DNA of 64,000 nucleotides from Terriglobales bacterium (lineage in GTDB: Bacteria; Acidobacteriota; Terriglobia; Terriglobales; Acidobacteriaceae), in NCBI GenBank assembly GCA_036392935.1, contig DASVWZ010000156.1, positions 1,433 through 65,432 of the forward strand, given 5' to 3'. Shown here piece by piece: positions 42,162 through 50,920 of the stretch. Below the pieces are notes generated by a model. That model did not search any database, was not told where the DNA came from, and saw only the letters and a list, made by a program, of their open reading frames with translations. Position 1 is the stretch's first letter; the number at the start of each line of letters is the position of its first letter. The position numbers were made by a program, and so were the translations under genes.

Positions 42162-42204
42162 GAATGCTATACTTCGCCCGAACTACACAACCGGAGACAA
42201 AACC

Positions 42205-43494
42205 TTGCGCTTCGCCATCCTCATCGCCATCTTGCTGCCCCTGGCCATCGCCGCAGCCTTTTATCTCGACTACTCTCACGCCGCCGCGATCACCCCGCCC
42301 GGCTCTCCATATCTGTTTATCTGGTCCGGCAACGCCGCCCATCAAGGCACCGATTTCCTCTCCGTCATCGACGCCAATCCCGCCTCGCCCACCTACGCTC
42401 AGGTCGTCGCCACCCTCCCGGTCGGCGTCGGAGGCACCATGCCTCACCACACGGAATACGAATTCCCTCCCGACAACCTTCTCTTTGCCAACGGATGGGT
42501 CGCCGGTCGTACCTTCATCTTCGATCTTCACGATCCCGCGCATCCCCAAATCGCCGCCCAATTCACCGACCGCGCCGGGTACAGCTTTCCTCACAGTTTC
42601 GTTCGGCTGGCCAATGGCGATCGCCTGGGAACCTTCCAGTCGTACGGCACGGGCTACGCCCCCGGCGGCGGACTCGTCGAACTCGATCCAACCGGCGCCG
42701 TCGTCCGTTCCTCGTCCGCTCTCGATCCGACTGTCAAAAAAGATCTCATCTGGCCCTACAGCCTCGCCGTCTGGCCCGAACGCGATCTCGTCATCGTCAC
42801 CGACACCCCCATGGGCTGGCCCGACTGGGCCAAACTGCCGCCCGGTTCCTGGACCCTCGACAAAATCAATAAGCAGCAAACTTCTCAGGTGCAGATCTTT
42901 CGCCTCTCCGATCTCCATTTGCTCCATACCATAACCCTCCCCGCCGACGCCGCCCGCCACGATCTTTATCCCTCCGAAGCGCACGTCATGCCCGATGGCT
43001 CGATCTACCTGGGGACATTCCGCTGTGGCCTGTACCGCATGACCAACCCAGTCGGCCCGCAGCCCACCGTCGACCTCGTGCAAACCTTCCCCGGCGGCGA
43101 AAGCATGTCTACCAACTGTGCCGTACCAACTGTCGTGGGGCATTACTGGGTCCAGACCGCTGCCGCGCTGCCCGGCGTGATCGTTCTTGACATTACCAAT
43201 CCCGCAAAACCCGTCGAAGTCTCTCGCCTCGTCCTCGACCACCGCTACATGATGCCGCACTGGCTCGCCGCCGACCGCAAGAGCGACAGCAAGAACGCCC
43301 GACTGATTCTCACCGGAGACGACCTGGACTGGGCGCTCGTCCTGCGCCTCGACGAGAAAGGCCAGCTGACCATCGACCGATCCTTCCGCGATTCCGGCTC
43401 CGCCATACCCGGACTCAACTTCACCCGCGACAACTGGCCGCATGGCAACGCCGGCCCCGCCGTCGTCCACGCCGCCCTCTTCGGCCCCGCATAA
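42205..43494 (+). CDS. secreted/anchored beta-propeller protein, tentatively selenium-binding-protein (SBP56)-like
   Basis: TTG start preceded by GGAGA. N-terminal hydrophobic helix RFAILIAILLPLAIAAAF. DFLSVIDANPASPTYAQVVATLPVG..TMPHHTEY resembles the SBP56/methanethiol-oxidase N-terminus as I recall it. The family call is weak. Confidence 0.5.
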   Translation: MRFAILIAILLPLAIAAAFYLDYSHAAAITPPGSPYLFIWSGNAAHQGTDFLSVIDANPASPTYAQVVATLPVGVGGTMPHHTEYEFPPDNLLFANGWVAGRTFIFDLHDPAHPQIAAQFTDRAGYSFPHSFVRLANGDRLGTFQSYGTGYAPGGGLVELDPTGAVVRSSSALDPTVKKDLIWPYSLAVWPERDLVIVTDTPMGWPDWAKLPPGSWTLDKINKQQTSQVQIFRLSDLHLLHTITLPADAARHDLYPSEAHVMPDGSIYLGTFRCGLYRMTNPVGPQPTVDLVQTFPGGESMSTNCAVPTVVGHYWVQTAAALPGVIVLDITNPAKPVEVSRLVLDHRYMMPHWLAADRKSDSKNARLILTGDDLDWALVLRLDEKGQLTIDRSFRDSGSAIPGLNFTRDNWPHGNAGPAVVHAALFGPA

Positions 43495-43557
43495 ACACGT
43501 GGCGCAGGCCGCCCTAAAACATTGGTTTTTGCCGCCTCAAGAGTTACATTCTCTGTC

Positions 43558-45243
43558 ATGCACCCGCGCAGGGCAGTCATCGCGTTTCTCACCGCCGCAT
43601 TCTGCTCAACTCTTCTTTATGGTGATAACCTTGCCGACACCTTTCGCAAAGCCGCCGAGCGCAGCACACTCGACCAACCGGGCACCAAGCCGTTTCATCT
43701 CAAGGCTTCCGTCGCACCCAGCCATGAACGCGACAAAGACTCAGGCAGGACAGCCGATATTGAAATCTGGTGGGCGTCGCCGACGCAGTGGAAGCGGGAG
43801 CTCAGAACCCCTGGATTTCACCAGGTCCAGATCGTCAACGGCAATACCACTTGGCAGAAAAACGAAGGTGAATATTTTCCGCAGTGGCTGCAGCAAACCG
43901 CCGTGGAACTCGTCAAACCAGTACCCCCCTTGGACGACATACTCAAGCAGGCGAAAAACGCACAGGCGCGCCACATGGGCCCGATGACGATCTTGAATCT
44001 CGAAACCGTCAGCGGAACTTCTCAAACGCCAAACATCCTTCGAACCTATCTCGCGCTGTCGAACAGCACCGGCCTGCTGCTCTACGGAGGCGGTCAGGGA
44101 TGGGGCGCCGAATTCAAAAACTATCAGGATTTTCACGGACTCATGGTTGCTCGTACCGTAAATGTTGGCGATCCGCAGGTCACCGCGACCGTGACTACGC
44201 TCGATGACCTTGCCTCCGTGCAACCCGACTTCTTTGACCCATCAGCGCTCGGCCCCAGTTCACCGCCCACGCAGACCATAATATTGAACGAGGTCGCGCT
44301 GAGAAAAAATCTCTTGACCGCCGACCCCACATCATGGCCTACGGTGCAAGACGGTCCGTTTGAAGGCAAAATCTCCTGCGACATCGTCGTCGACCGCGAG
44401 GGAAAGATTCGCGAGATGAGCACCATCGTCACTGAGAACCCCGCCCTGCGAGACGCCGGCAAGCAAGCCGTCGCCGCCATGCGCTTCAAACCCTTTGTTG
44501 TCGACGGCGCACCGGCGCAGGTCATGTCCCAGGTCACAATTCCCTTCAAAACCAGCCGACCGGCAGGCTCCGAAGCGTTTGGCAGTGCCCGCAGCTACTT
44601 CGAACGCGGGCTACATGCCGGCTTCCCGGCATTCGGCAACGGCGCACCCTATACATTGCATGCTGAGTTTCAGGTCAAATCGACCGACGGCACCAACGTG
44701 GCTGGGAACTACGAAGACATCTGGGTTTCCGATACACAATGGCGCCGCAACGCCAGCTTGGTGAATGGCGTCTACGCCCGCTCCCGCAACGGCGATAAAA
44801 CCTACCAGCTTGCTGAAGGTGAAAACACCCCAATGCTTCAATTTGTGATGCGCGAGATGGAGCCAATCCCCGCCTTGGACACCTTTACCGAGTCCGACTG
44901 GAAAATCAGACGCGACACCGTGAACGGCGTTTCCACCATACGCCTCCTCGCCGGATACGAAGACCCACAGGGAAACTTCGACCGCGAAACCGCTATAGCA
45001 TACTGGTTCGACGATAAAGGTTTATTGCTCAAGACTTATCGCCATGGAATCGAAACCGAGCGCTCAGATTTTCAGGACTTCGCTGGCGTGAAGGTCGCCC
45101 GCCATATCGACGTGCTACAGAACGGCAACATCGGACTCCAAATTAAGGTCACCGGCATTTCCCCGGCTGGAAAAATCTCCAACGGCACCTTTGAGATCAA
45201 AGGCCACGAATATACCCGCCAGTTCACCAGTGAAGCCAGGTAG
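43558..45243 (+). CDS. secreted hypothetical protein with an internal TonB_C-like segment
   Basis: Signal peptide MHPRRAVIAFLTAAFCSTLLYG. The segment ISCDIVVDREGKIREMSTIVTENPALRDAGKQAVAAMRFKPF resembles a TonB C-terminal domain. Confidence 0.55.
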   Translation: MHPRRAVIAFLTAAFCSTLLYGDNLADTFRKAAERSTLDQPGTKPFHLKASVAPSHERDKDSGRTADIEIWWASPTQWKRELRTPGFHQVQIVNGNTTWQKNEGEYFPQWLQQTAVELVKPVPPLDDILKQAKNAQARHMGPMTILNLETVSGTSQTPNILRTYLALSNSTGLLLYGGGQGWGAEFKNYQDFHGLMVARTVNVGDPQVTATVTTLDDLASVQPDFFDPSALGPSSPPTQTIILNEVALRKNLLTADPTSWPTVQDGPFEGKISCDIVVDREGKIREMSTIVTENPALRDAGKQAVAAMRFKPFVVDGAPAQVMSQVTIPFKTSRPAGSEAFGSARSYFERGLHAGFPAFGNGAPYTLHAEFQVKSTDGTNVAGNYEDIWVSDTQWRRNASLVNGVYARSRNGDKTYQLAEGENTPMLQFVMREMEPIPALDTFTESDWKIRRDTVNGVSTIRLLAGYEDPQGNFDRETAIAYWFDDKGLLLKTYRHGIETERSDFQDFAGVKVARHIDVLQNGNIGLQIKVTGISPAGKISNGTFEIKGHEYTRQFTSEAR

Positions 45244-45245
45244 CA

Positions 45246-46106
45246 CTACTCCCTCACCAACTCGCCCCGTCTTCTCCAAAAATAAATCGCAAACGCAATC
45301 GTCACTAGCGGCAGCACCGCGCCAAACTCATCGATAAACCACTTCGTCCTTCCCGTGTCTCGCGTCAGCGGCGAAAAAATCAGTTGTATATAAAGGTTGT
45401 GACTCCCGTGCAGAATCGCGCCCGTCCACAAACTCCCCGACTTCAGCCGCAGCCACGCCAGTATGAACGAATCCGCCACCACCATCACCGTAAAGCACGT
45501 CAACCCGTACCACGTCGGAGTGCCCGCATTGTAGTCCGCCCAAATCAGCCCCGGGTAATGCCAGCACGCCCAAACAATCCCGCTGATGAAAGCCGTCGCC
45601 GTAAACCCGCAAGTCTTGAACAACTCTGGCACCAGAAATCCGCGCCAGCCAATCTCCTCGCCCAGCCCCGAAGACATTCCACGCACCATCCCCACCGTTC
45701 CGTACAGCAGCACATACACCACGCCCGAAGCCGCCGGCGAAATCCGCAGCCCCATCTTGTCCACCAGCCCGTTCAAAAACTCCTGGTTCGGAAACCCGCC
45801 CAGCCCGCTCGCCCACACAATTAAATACGCGATCGTCGCGTACATCAGGGGAACATACCAACTCATCGCCGCATACTTTGCCTGCGGCCACTTCCATCCC
45901 AGATCGCTCAGGCTGCGGTCGTAAAACTTCACTGTCGCCATCGCCGCGAGGCCGGGACACCACATGATCCCCAGCACATACATCCCGTTGCCCGCCGTCA
46001 GCCGGTGCGACCGCAAAATCAAAAAATAAAACACCGAACTGAACGCCGCCACCAGCAGCAGATACGTCACCACCTGCCTGCGTGAATTAGAAGTGTCAGT
46101 CATCAT
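45246..46106 (-). CDS. CPBP-family intramembrane glutamic endopeptidase (CAAX protease/Abi-like)
   Basis: Motifs EEIGWRGFL, FISGIVWACWH and ILHGSHN in a polytopic membrane protein. Confidence 0.8.
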   Translation of the reverse strand: MMTDTSNSRRQVVTYLLLVAAFSSVFYFLILRSHRLTAGNGMYVLGIMWCPGLAAMATVKFYDRSLSDLGWKWPQAKYAAMSWYVPLMYATIAYLIVWASGLGGFPNQEFLNGLVDKMGLRISPAASGVVYVLLYGTVGMVRGMSSGLGEEIGWRGFLVPELFKTCGFTATAFISGIVWACWHYPGLIWADYNAGTPTWYGLTCFTVMVVADSFILAWLRLKSGSLWTGAILHGSHNLYIQLIFSPLTRDTGRTKWFIDEFGAVLPLVTIAFAIYFWRRRGELVRE

Positions 46107-46205
46107 GGTGCACTCACGACCTCATTCTGCCCGCAGTATACCCGACTCGCCAAGAACCAGGCGCTCACGAATCGCTTCCTGCCCTTTGTGGTAACCAGGT
46201 TTTAC

Positions 46206-46298
46206 TGATGACTGAAAACTGACGACTGACGACCGTTCTCTGCGCGCCCTGCGCCCTTTGCGCCTCAAAGTTTACCTGACAGTTGATAGCTGACAGCC
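46206..46298 (+). repeat. composite element: 4 TGAYGAC-type heptamers + GC-rich core + 3 (C/T)TGA(C/T)AG heptamers
   Basis: TGATGAC TGAAAAC TGACGAC TGACGAC, then CGTTCTCTGCGCGCCCTGCGCCCTTTGCGCCTCAAAGTTTA, then CCTGACA GTTGATA GCTGACA. Confidence 0.75.
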
Positions 46299-46338
46299 GT
46301 TTTTGACATAGCTATCTCAAATAGCTATTCTATAAAAC

Positions 46339-46599
46339 ATGCAAGTCAGTGTCGCCGACGCCAAAAACAAGCTGCCAAAGCTCATCAAAGTCGTCGAAAG
46401 CGGCCAGCCCATCACCATCTGCCGCCGCGGCGTCCCTATCGTCGATATCGTTCGCACCGCCAAACCCACCTCCAAGAAGCGGGCCCTCGGCACCCTCGCA
46501 GGCAAAATCGCTATCGCTGATCCGAACTGGTGGAAGCCCATGACCCGCCCGCAAGCTGAAGCTTTTGTCGGCAGCGACGACTTCATCGGGGAACGCTGA
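46339..46599 (+). CDS. Phd/YefM-type antitoxin
   Basis: MQVSVADAKNKLPKLIKVVESGQPITICRRGVPIVDIV. 86 aa. Stop is 2 nt before the PIN gene. Confidence 0.8.
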   Translation: MQVSVADAKNKLPKLIKVVESGQPITICRRGVPIVDIVRTAKPTSKKRALGTLAGKIAIADPNWWKPMTRPQAEAFVGSDDFIGER

Positions 46600-46601
46600 C
46601 C

Positions 46602-46982
46602 TTGCGCCTGCTTCTCGATACCGCCGTCCTCATCTACGCCGTCAATTCGCCCAGGCGCCTTTCTCGCCGCGCCGCCCGCGCGCTCGAAAACCCGCGCAAT
46701 CTTCTCGAGATCAGCTCCATCTCGCTCGCTGAGATTGCCATCAAATCCTCGCTCGGCAAGCTTTCCATGACCGCTGCTCTCGCCCGCCAGGCCATCCGTG
46801 ACCTTGATCTCCGCATACTTTCCTATACTGGCGAGCACGCCCTCGAGCTGTTCGATCTGCCCCGCCAGCACTCCGATCCCTTCGACCGCCAAATCATCGC
46901 CCAGGCCATCTCCGAACACATCCCCATCATCACCCCCGACGAGTCCTTCCGCCTCTACAAAAACCTCAACCTCATCTGGTGA
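46602..46982 (+). CDS. vapC: PIN-domain toxin VapC
   Basis: LLLDTAVLIY, SLAEIAIK, DPFDRQIIAQA and ITPD supply the conserved acidic PIN residues. TTG start. Confidence 0.85.
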   Translation: MRLLLDTAVLIYAVNSPRRLSRRAARALENPRNLLEISSISLAEIAIKSSLGKLSMTAALARQAIRDLDLRILSYTGEHALELFDLPRQHSDPFDRQIIAQAISEHIPIITPDESFRLYKNLNLIW

Positions 46983-47061
46983 TGTCTACCAAACTGAAGG
47001 AACACGCGCCCATCTCATACCTCTTTGCACCTCCGCATCCTTTGTAGTAAAGGGGTTTCAC

Positions 47062-47166
47062 TGATGACTGATCACTGATGACTGACGACCGTTCTTTTTG
47101 CGTCCCTTCGCGCCCTTTGCGGTTAAAGGTTTTAGCCGAAGGCTGATAGCTGACAGCTGAAAGCTC
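47062..47166 (+). repeat. second copy of the composite heptamer/GC-core element
   Basis: TGATGAC TGATCAC TGATGAC TGACGAC, then CGTTCTTTTTGCGTCCCTTCGCGCCCTTTGCGGTTAAAGGTTTT, then AGCCGAA GGCTGAT AGCTGAC AGCTGAA AGCTCC. Same order and orientation as 46206..46298. Confidence 0.75.
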
Positions 47167-47292
47167 CCCCAAACTTTCGTACCCAACCCCTCACTTTCCC
47201 GCCTGCCCGTCCGCATTACAATAGATCCATCCCCTGAAAGCACCCGGGATACCCGCTCCGTCGCGCCCTGCGCGCCCGGCGCACAGACTCCG

Positions 47293-49341
47293 ATGTTCGG
47301 CCGCGACGAAAAAATTTCCGGGTTCCGCCTCACCGCGGTGCAGTACATCATCCTCGCCATCTTTCTCGTCCTCGCCTACGGACTCTGGCGTCTGCAAGTC
47401 ACCCAAAGCGATCTCTATTCTTCGCTCGCCGAAAAAAATCGCATCCGCAACGTGCCCATTCTCGCGCCCCGTGGCAAGCTGCTCGATCGCGAAGGCCGCA
47501 TCATCGTCGATAACTATCCGTCTTTCTCCGCGCTGCTTCTTCGCGACTCCAATCACGACTTGCTCGCCGACTCCGACATGATCGCGCAGGGTCTGCATCT
47601 CGACCCCAAAGAAGTTCGGGCCCGCATCCGCCACGTCATGGGAGAGCCGCAGTATCAGCCCATCTTCCTCAAAGACGACATCACTCCCGACGAAGTGGCC
47701 TTCATCGAATCTCATCGCAACGAACTCCCCGAGCTCGACACCATCATGGCCCACCGCCGCCTCTATCCTCGCAACGGATTCATGGCGCACCTCATTGGCT
47801 ACGTCGGCGAAGTCAGCGAAGACATGCTCAATCAGCCCGAATGGGAGCTCTACAATCCCGGCGATGTCGTCGGCAAATCCGGCGTCGAACTTGAGTACAA
47901 CCAGCTCCTCATGGGCAAGAACGGCTCCCGCCAGGTCCTCGTCAACAGCCGCGGACGCGAAGTCGGCCAGCTCCAGGAAAAACCCGCCGAGCCCGGGAAA
48001 ATTCTCAAGCTCACCGTCGATATCGACCTCCAGATCGCCGCCGAAGAAGCTCTCGCCGGACGCAACGGTGCCATCGTCGCCATGGATCCGCGCAACGGCG
48101 AAATCCTCGCCATGGCCAGCCGTCCCACGTTCGATCCCAACGATTTTGCCGTCCGCGTCTCGCGCGACGAATGGAACAAGCTCGTCACCGACGATGACCA
48201 CCCCCTGCTCAACAAAGCCATCCAGGCCCAGCTCGCGCCCGGTTCGACTTTCAAAATCATCATGGCCACTGCCGGTCTGCAGGAAGGCATCGCTGAAGAC
48301 ATGCACGTCAACTGCTCCGGCGGCGCCAACTTTTACGGACGCTACTTCAAATGCTGGGTCGTCGCCGAGCATCGCGTGCACGGCTCCGTCGATATCGCCA
48401 AAGCCATCTACCAATCTTGCGACGTCTTTTTCTATACCCTCGCCGAGCGTCTCGGCATCGGCAAAATCGCCCAGTACGCCACCGAATTCGGACTCGGCCA
48501 GAAAACCGGCATCGACCTCCCGCAGGAAGTCACCGGCGTCATGCCGTCGGAGGAATGGAAGATTCGCAACTTCAAGCAAAAATGGTACGCCGGTGAAACC
48601 ATCTCCGTGGGCATTGGACAGGGTGCAGTCGCCGCCACTCCTATTCAGATGGCTCGCGCCATCGGCGCCATCGCCAGCGGCGGCCTCATCGTTCGCCCCC
48701 ACGTCACCAATCCCACCGATCTCCCGCCCGGCATCGTGCCCGCATCGAACGTCCCCGACAAAGTCCAACTCGCGCTCGACCCCAAAAACTGGGAGATCAT
48801 CACCGACGCCATGTCCCAGGTTGTCAGCCCCGGAGGCACCGCGCCTAGCGCCCATTTGCAGGGCATCGACTTCGCCGGAAAAACCGGCAGCGCCCAAACC
48901 ATATCCAATGCCCTCAAGGCCAAGCTCGGCGCCGAAGGCAAAGCCAAATTTAAAGATAACGGCTGGTTCGTCGGCGTCACCCCGCGCCGCAATCCGGAAA
49001 TCGTCGTCTGCGCTCTGCTCGAAGAAGGCGAGCACGGATATCTCGCCGCTCGCACCGTCGCGCAGGTCATCAAGGCTTACGTCCAGAAAGAGCAGCACCA
49101 GCCCAGCAAGGTCGCGCAGGGCAATCAGAAAGTTGAAATCGGCGCCATCTGGAGCGAGCCCGGCGATCACGATCGCGTAAACGATCAAGATAAAGATTCA
49201 TCAAAGACGAACGCGAATCGCGAAAGCAACGCGAATGCCGAAGTAAACGAAGCCAACGACGACTTCCATGCCGGCAACTTCGAAATCATAATCCCCCGCG
49301 GCCGCATGCCCCTCGCCACCGCCGCCCCCGGAGTGCACTAG
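47293..49341 (+). CDS. mrdA: penicillin-binding protein 2 (elongasome transpeptidase)
   Basis: N-terminal TM helix. Motifs STFK (PGSTFKII) and KTGS (FAGKTGSAQ). Followed by rodA. The C-terminal ~60 aa are low complexity. Confidence 0.9.
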   Translation: MFGRDEKISGFRLTAVQYIILAIFLVLAYGLWRLQVTQSDLYSSLAEKNRIRNVPILAPRGKLLDREGRIIVDNYPSFSALLLRDSNHDLLADSDMIAQGLHLDPKEVRARIRHVMGEPQYQPIFLKDDITPDEVAFIESHRNELPELDTIMAHRRLYPRNGFMAHLIGYVGEVSEDMLNQPEWELYNPGDVVGKSGVELEYNQLLMGKNGSRQVLVNSRGREVGQLQEKPAEPGKILKLTVDIDLQIAAEEALAGRNGAIVAMDPRNGEILAMASRPTFDPNDFAVRVSRDEWNKLVTDDDHPLLNKAIQAQLAPGSTFKIIMATAGLQEGIAEDMHVNCSGGANFYGRYFKCWVVAEHRVHGSVDIAKAIYQSCDVFFYTLAERLGIGKIAQYATEFGLGQKTGIDLPQEVTGVMPSEEWKIRNFKQKWYAGETISVGIGQGAVAATPIQMARAIGAIASGGLIVRPHVTNPTDLPPGIVPASNVPDKVQLALDPKNWEIITDAMSQVVSPGGTAPSAHLQGIDFAGKTGSAQTISNALKAKLGAEGKAKFKDNGWFVGVTPRRNPEIVVCALLEEGEHGYLAARTVAQVIKAYVQKEQHQPSKVAQGNQKVEIGAIWSEPGDHDRVNDQDKDSSKTNANRESNANAEVNEANDDFHAGNFEIIIPRGRMPLATAAPGVH

Positions 49342-49429
49342 TGAGACGCGACCCCAGCTCTTGCCGAGAACCGACGACCGCCGACCGACGACGCTCTTGC
49401 GTACGACGTAGGACGTGCGACGCTTCTAC

Positions 49430-49471
49430 TGACGACTGATAACTGACGACTGATGACTGACAACTGACGAC
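49430..49471 (+). repeat. six tandem TGAYRAC heptamers ending 4 nt before the rodA ATG
   Basis: TGACGAC TGATAAC TGACGAC TGATGAC TGACAAC TGACGAC TAAT ATG. Preceded by a CCGACGA-type tract at 49369..49393. Confidence 0.85.
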
Positions 49472-49475
49472 TAAT

Positions 49476-50561
49476 ATGTCCCGCTACATCTCATTCCGCG
49501 ACTTCGATTGGCTCCTGCTGATCTTCGTTCTCCTCGTCTGCGCTCTCGGTGTCTGGGAGATTCGCAGCGCCACCGCTCACACCAAATTTGCCGGCGCCCA
49601 TCTCAAGCAGATCTACTGGGTCCTCGGCGGCCTCGCCGCCATGTTCGCTATGAGCCTGCTCAACTATCAGGCCCTGCTCGAGCGCGTCCACTGGATGTAC
49701 ATCATCGCCCTCGCCTCGCTCGTCGCCGTCCGCGTCTTCGGCGAAAAATATCTCGGCGCACGCCGCTGGGTCAAAATGCCAGGAGGAGGCCACTTCCAAC
49801 CCTCCGAATGGGTCAAGCTCATCCTTATCCTCGCCGTCGCCAAATACTTTGCCGACCTTCAGCAGCGCGAGCTCTCCTGGCCCGACTTCGCCAAAGCCGG
49901 GGCCATTGTCGGCATCCCCATGCTGCTCGTCCTCGCCCAGCCCGATCTCGGCACCGCCCTCACCTACCTGCCCATCGCCATCATGGGACTTTTTCTCGGC
50001 GGACTGCGCTGGAAGCAAGCCATGGCCGTCCTCATCCTCGCCGGCCTCATGATGCCGCTCGCCTGGCACGTCCTCAAGCCTTACCAGCGTGAGCGCCTCA
50101 CCAGCTTTATGGAGCCTCAGGCCGACTCCGAAGGCTCCGGATATCAGGTCATCCAGTCCAAAATCGCCGTCGGCGCAGGAGGCATCTGGGGTAGCGCCGA
50201 AGGCTCCCAAACTCATCTATCTTTCTTACCGGTTCCCCAAACTGACTTCATTTTCGCCGCCTTCGCCGAGGAACATGGTTTTGTAGGCGCTTTAACCGTA
50301 TTGCTGTTATACTTCATTGTGTTGATGCGTTTGACTCAGAACGCGCAGACAGCGCCCGACCGCGCTGGCACGTTTCTGGTAATGGGTGTGGTGGCCGTAC
50401 TGGCCTTCCACATCTTAGTCAACGTCGGCATGGTCGTCGGCTTTATGCCGGTTACCGGAATCCCTTTGCCTTTAATGAGTTATGGCGGGTCTTCCGTCCT
50501 GTTCATGTTTTTGGCGCTAGGCATCGTTATGAATGTCCGTATGCGCCGCTTTGTGAACTGA
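49476..50561 (+). CDS. rodA: peptidoglycan glycosyltransferase RodA (SEDS family)
   Basis: Ten-TM FtsW/RodA/SpoVE pattern (QPSEWVKL, TDFIFAAFAEEHGF, GIPLPLMSYGGSS). Confidence 0.9.
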   Translation: MSRYISFRDFDWLLLIFVLLVCALGVWEIRSATAHTKFAGAHLKQIYWVLGGLAAMFAMSLLNYQALLERVHWMYIIALASLVAVRVFGEKYLGARRWVKMPGGGHFQPSEWVKLILILAVAKYFADLQQRELSWPDFAKAGAIVGIPMLLVLAQPDLGTALTYLPIAIMGLFLGGLRWKQAMAVLILAGLMMPLAWHVLKPYQRERLTSFMEPQADSEGSGYQVIQSKIAVGAGGIWGSAEGSQTHLSFLPVPQTDFIFAAFAEEHGFVGALTVLLLYFIVLMRLTQNAQTAPDRAGTFLVMGVVAVLAFHILVNVGMVVGFMPVTGIPLPLMSYGGSSVLFMFLALGIVMNVRMRRFVN

Positions 50562-50920
50562 TAGGAAGAAGGCAATAAGCCGCCGCGCTTGCCATTCGCG
50601 GCCTTGAAAAAGATCAAGATTACGTTCGCCCTCGCGTTAAGGGGGCAAATCACCGGCAGGAATAGGAAGTCCGCCGGACAGGATTGAAGCGAAGCGTTAC
50701 CGGGCAGGAAACGGCCCCCTCGGGTGAGAGAGCGGCCACAACCCCGCAAAACGCATGCGATCCGTGAACAAGAGATTCCAGCTTGTACATCGAAATCAGC
50801 TCCTGGGTTCGCCCGGGGGTCAGGCGCCGTTTTTCGGCGCCCTTCGCACTGCTCTATCCTCCCGCTGTCTTCCTTGTCTGATCCGGTGATCTGCGCTGAA
50901 GGGCGCAGACCGGAGTTAGT

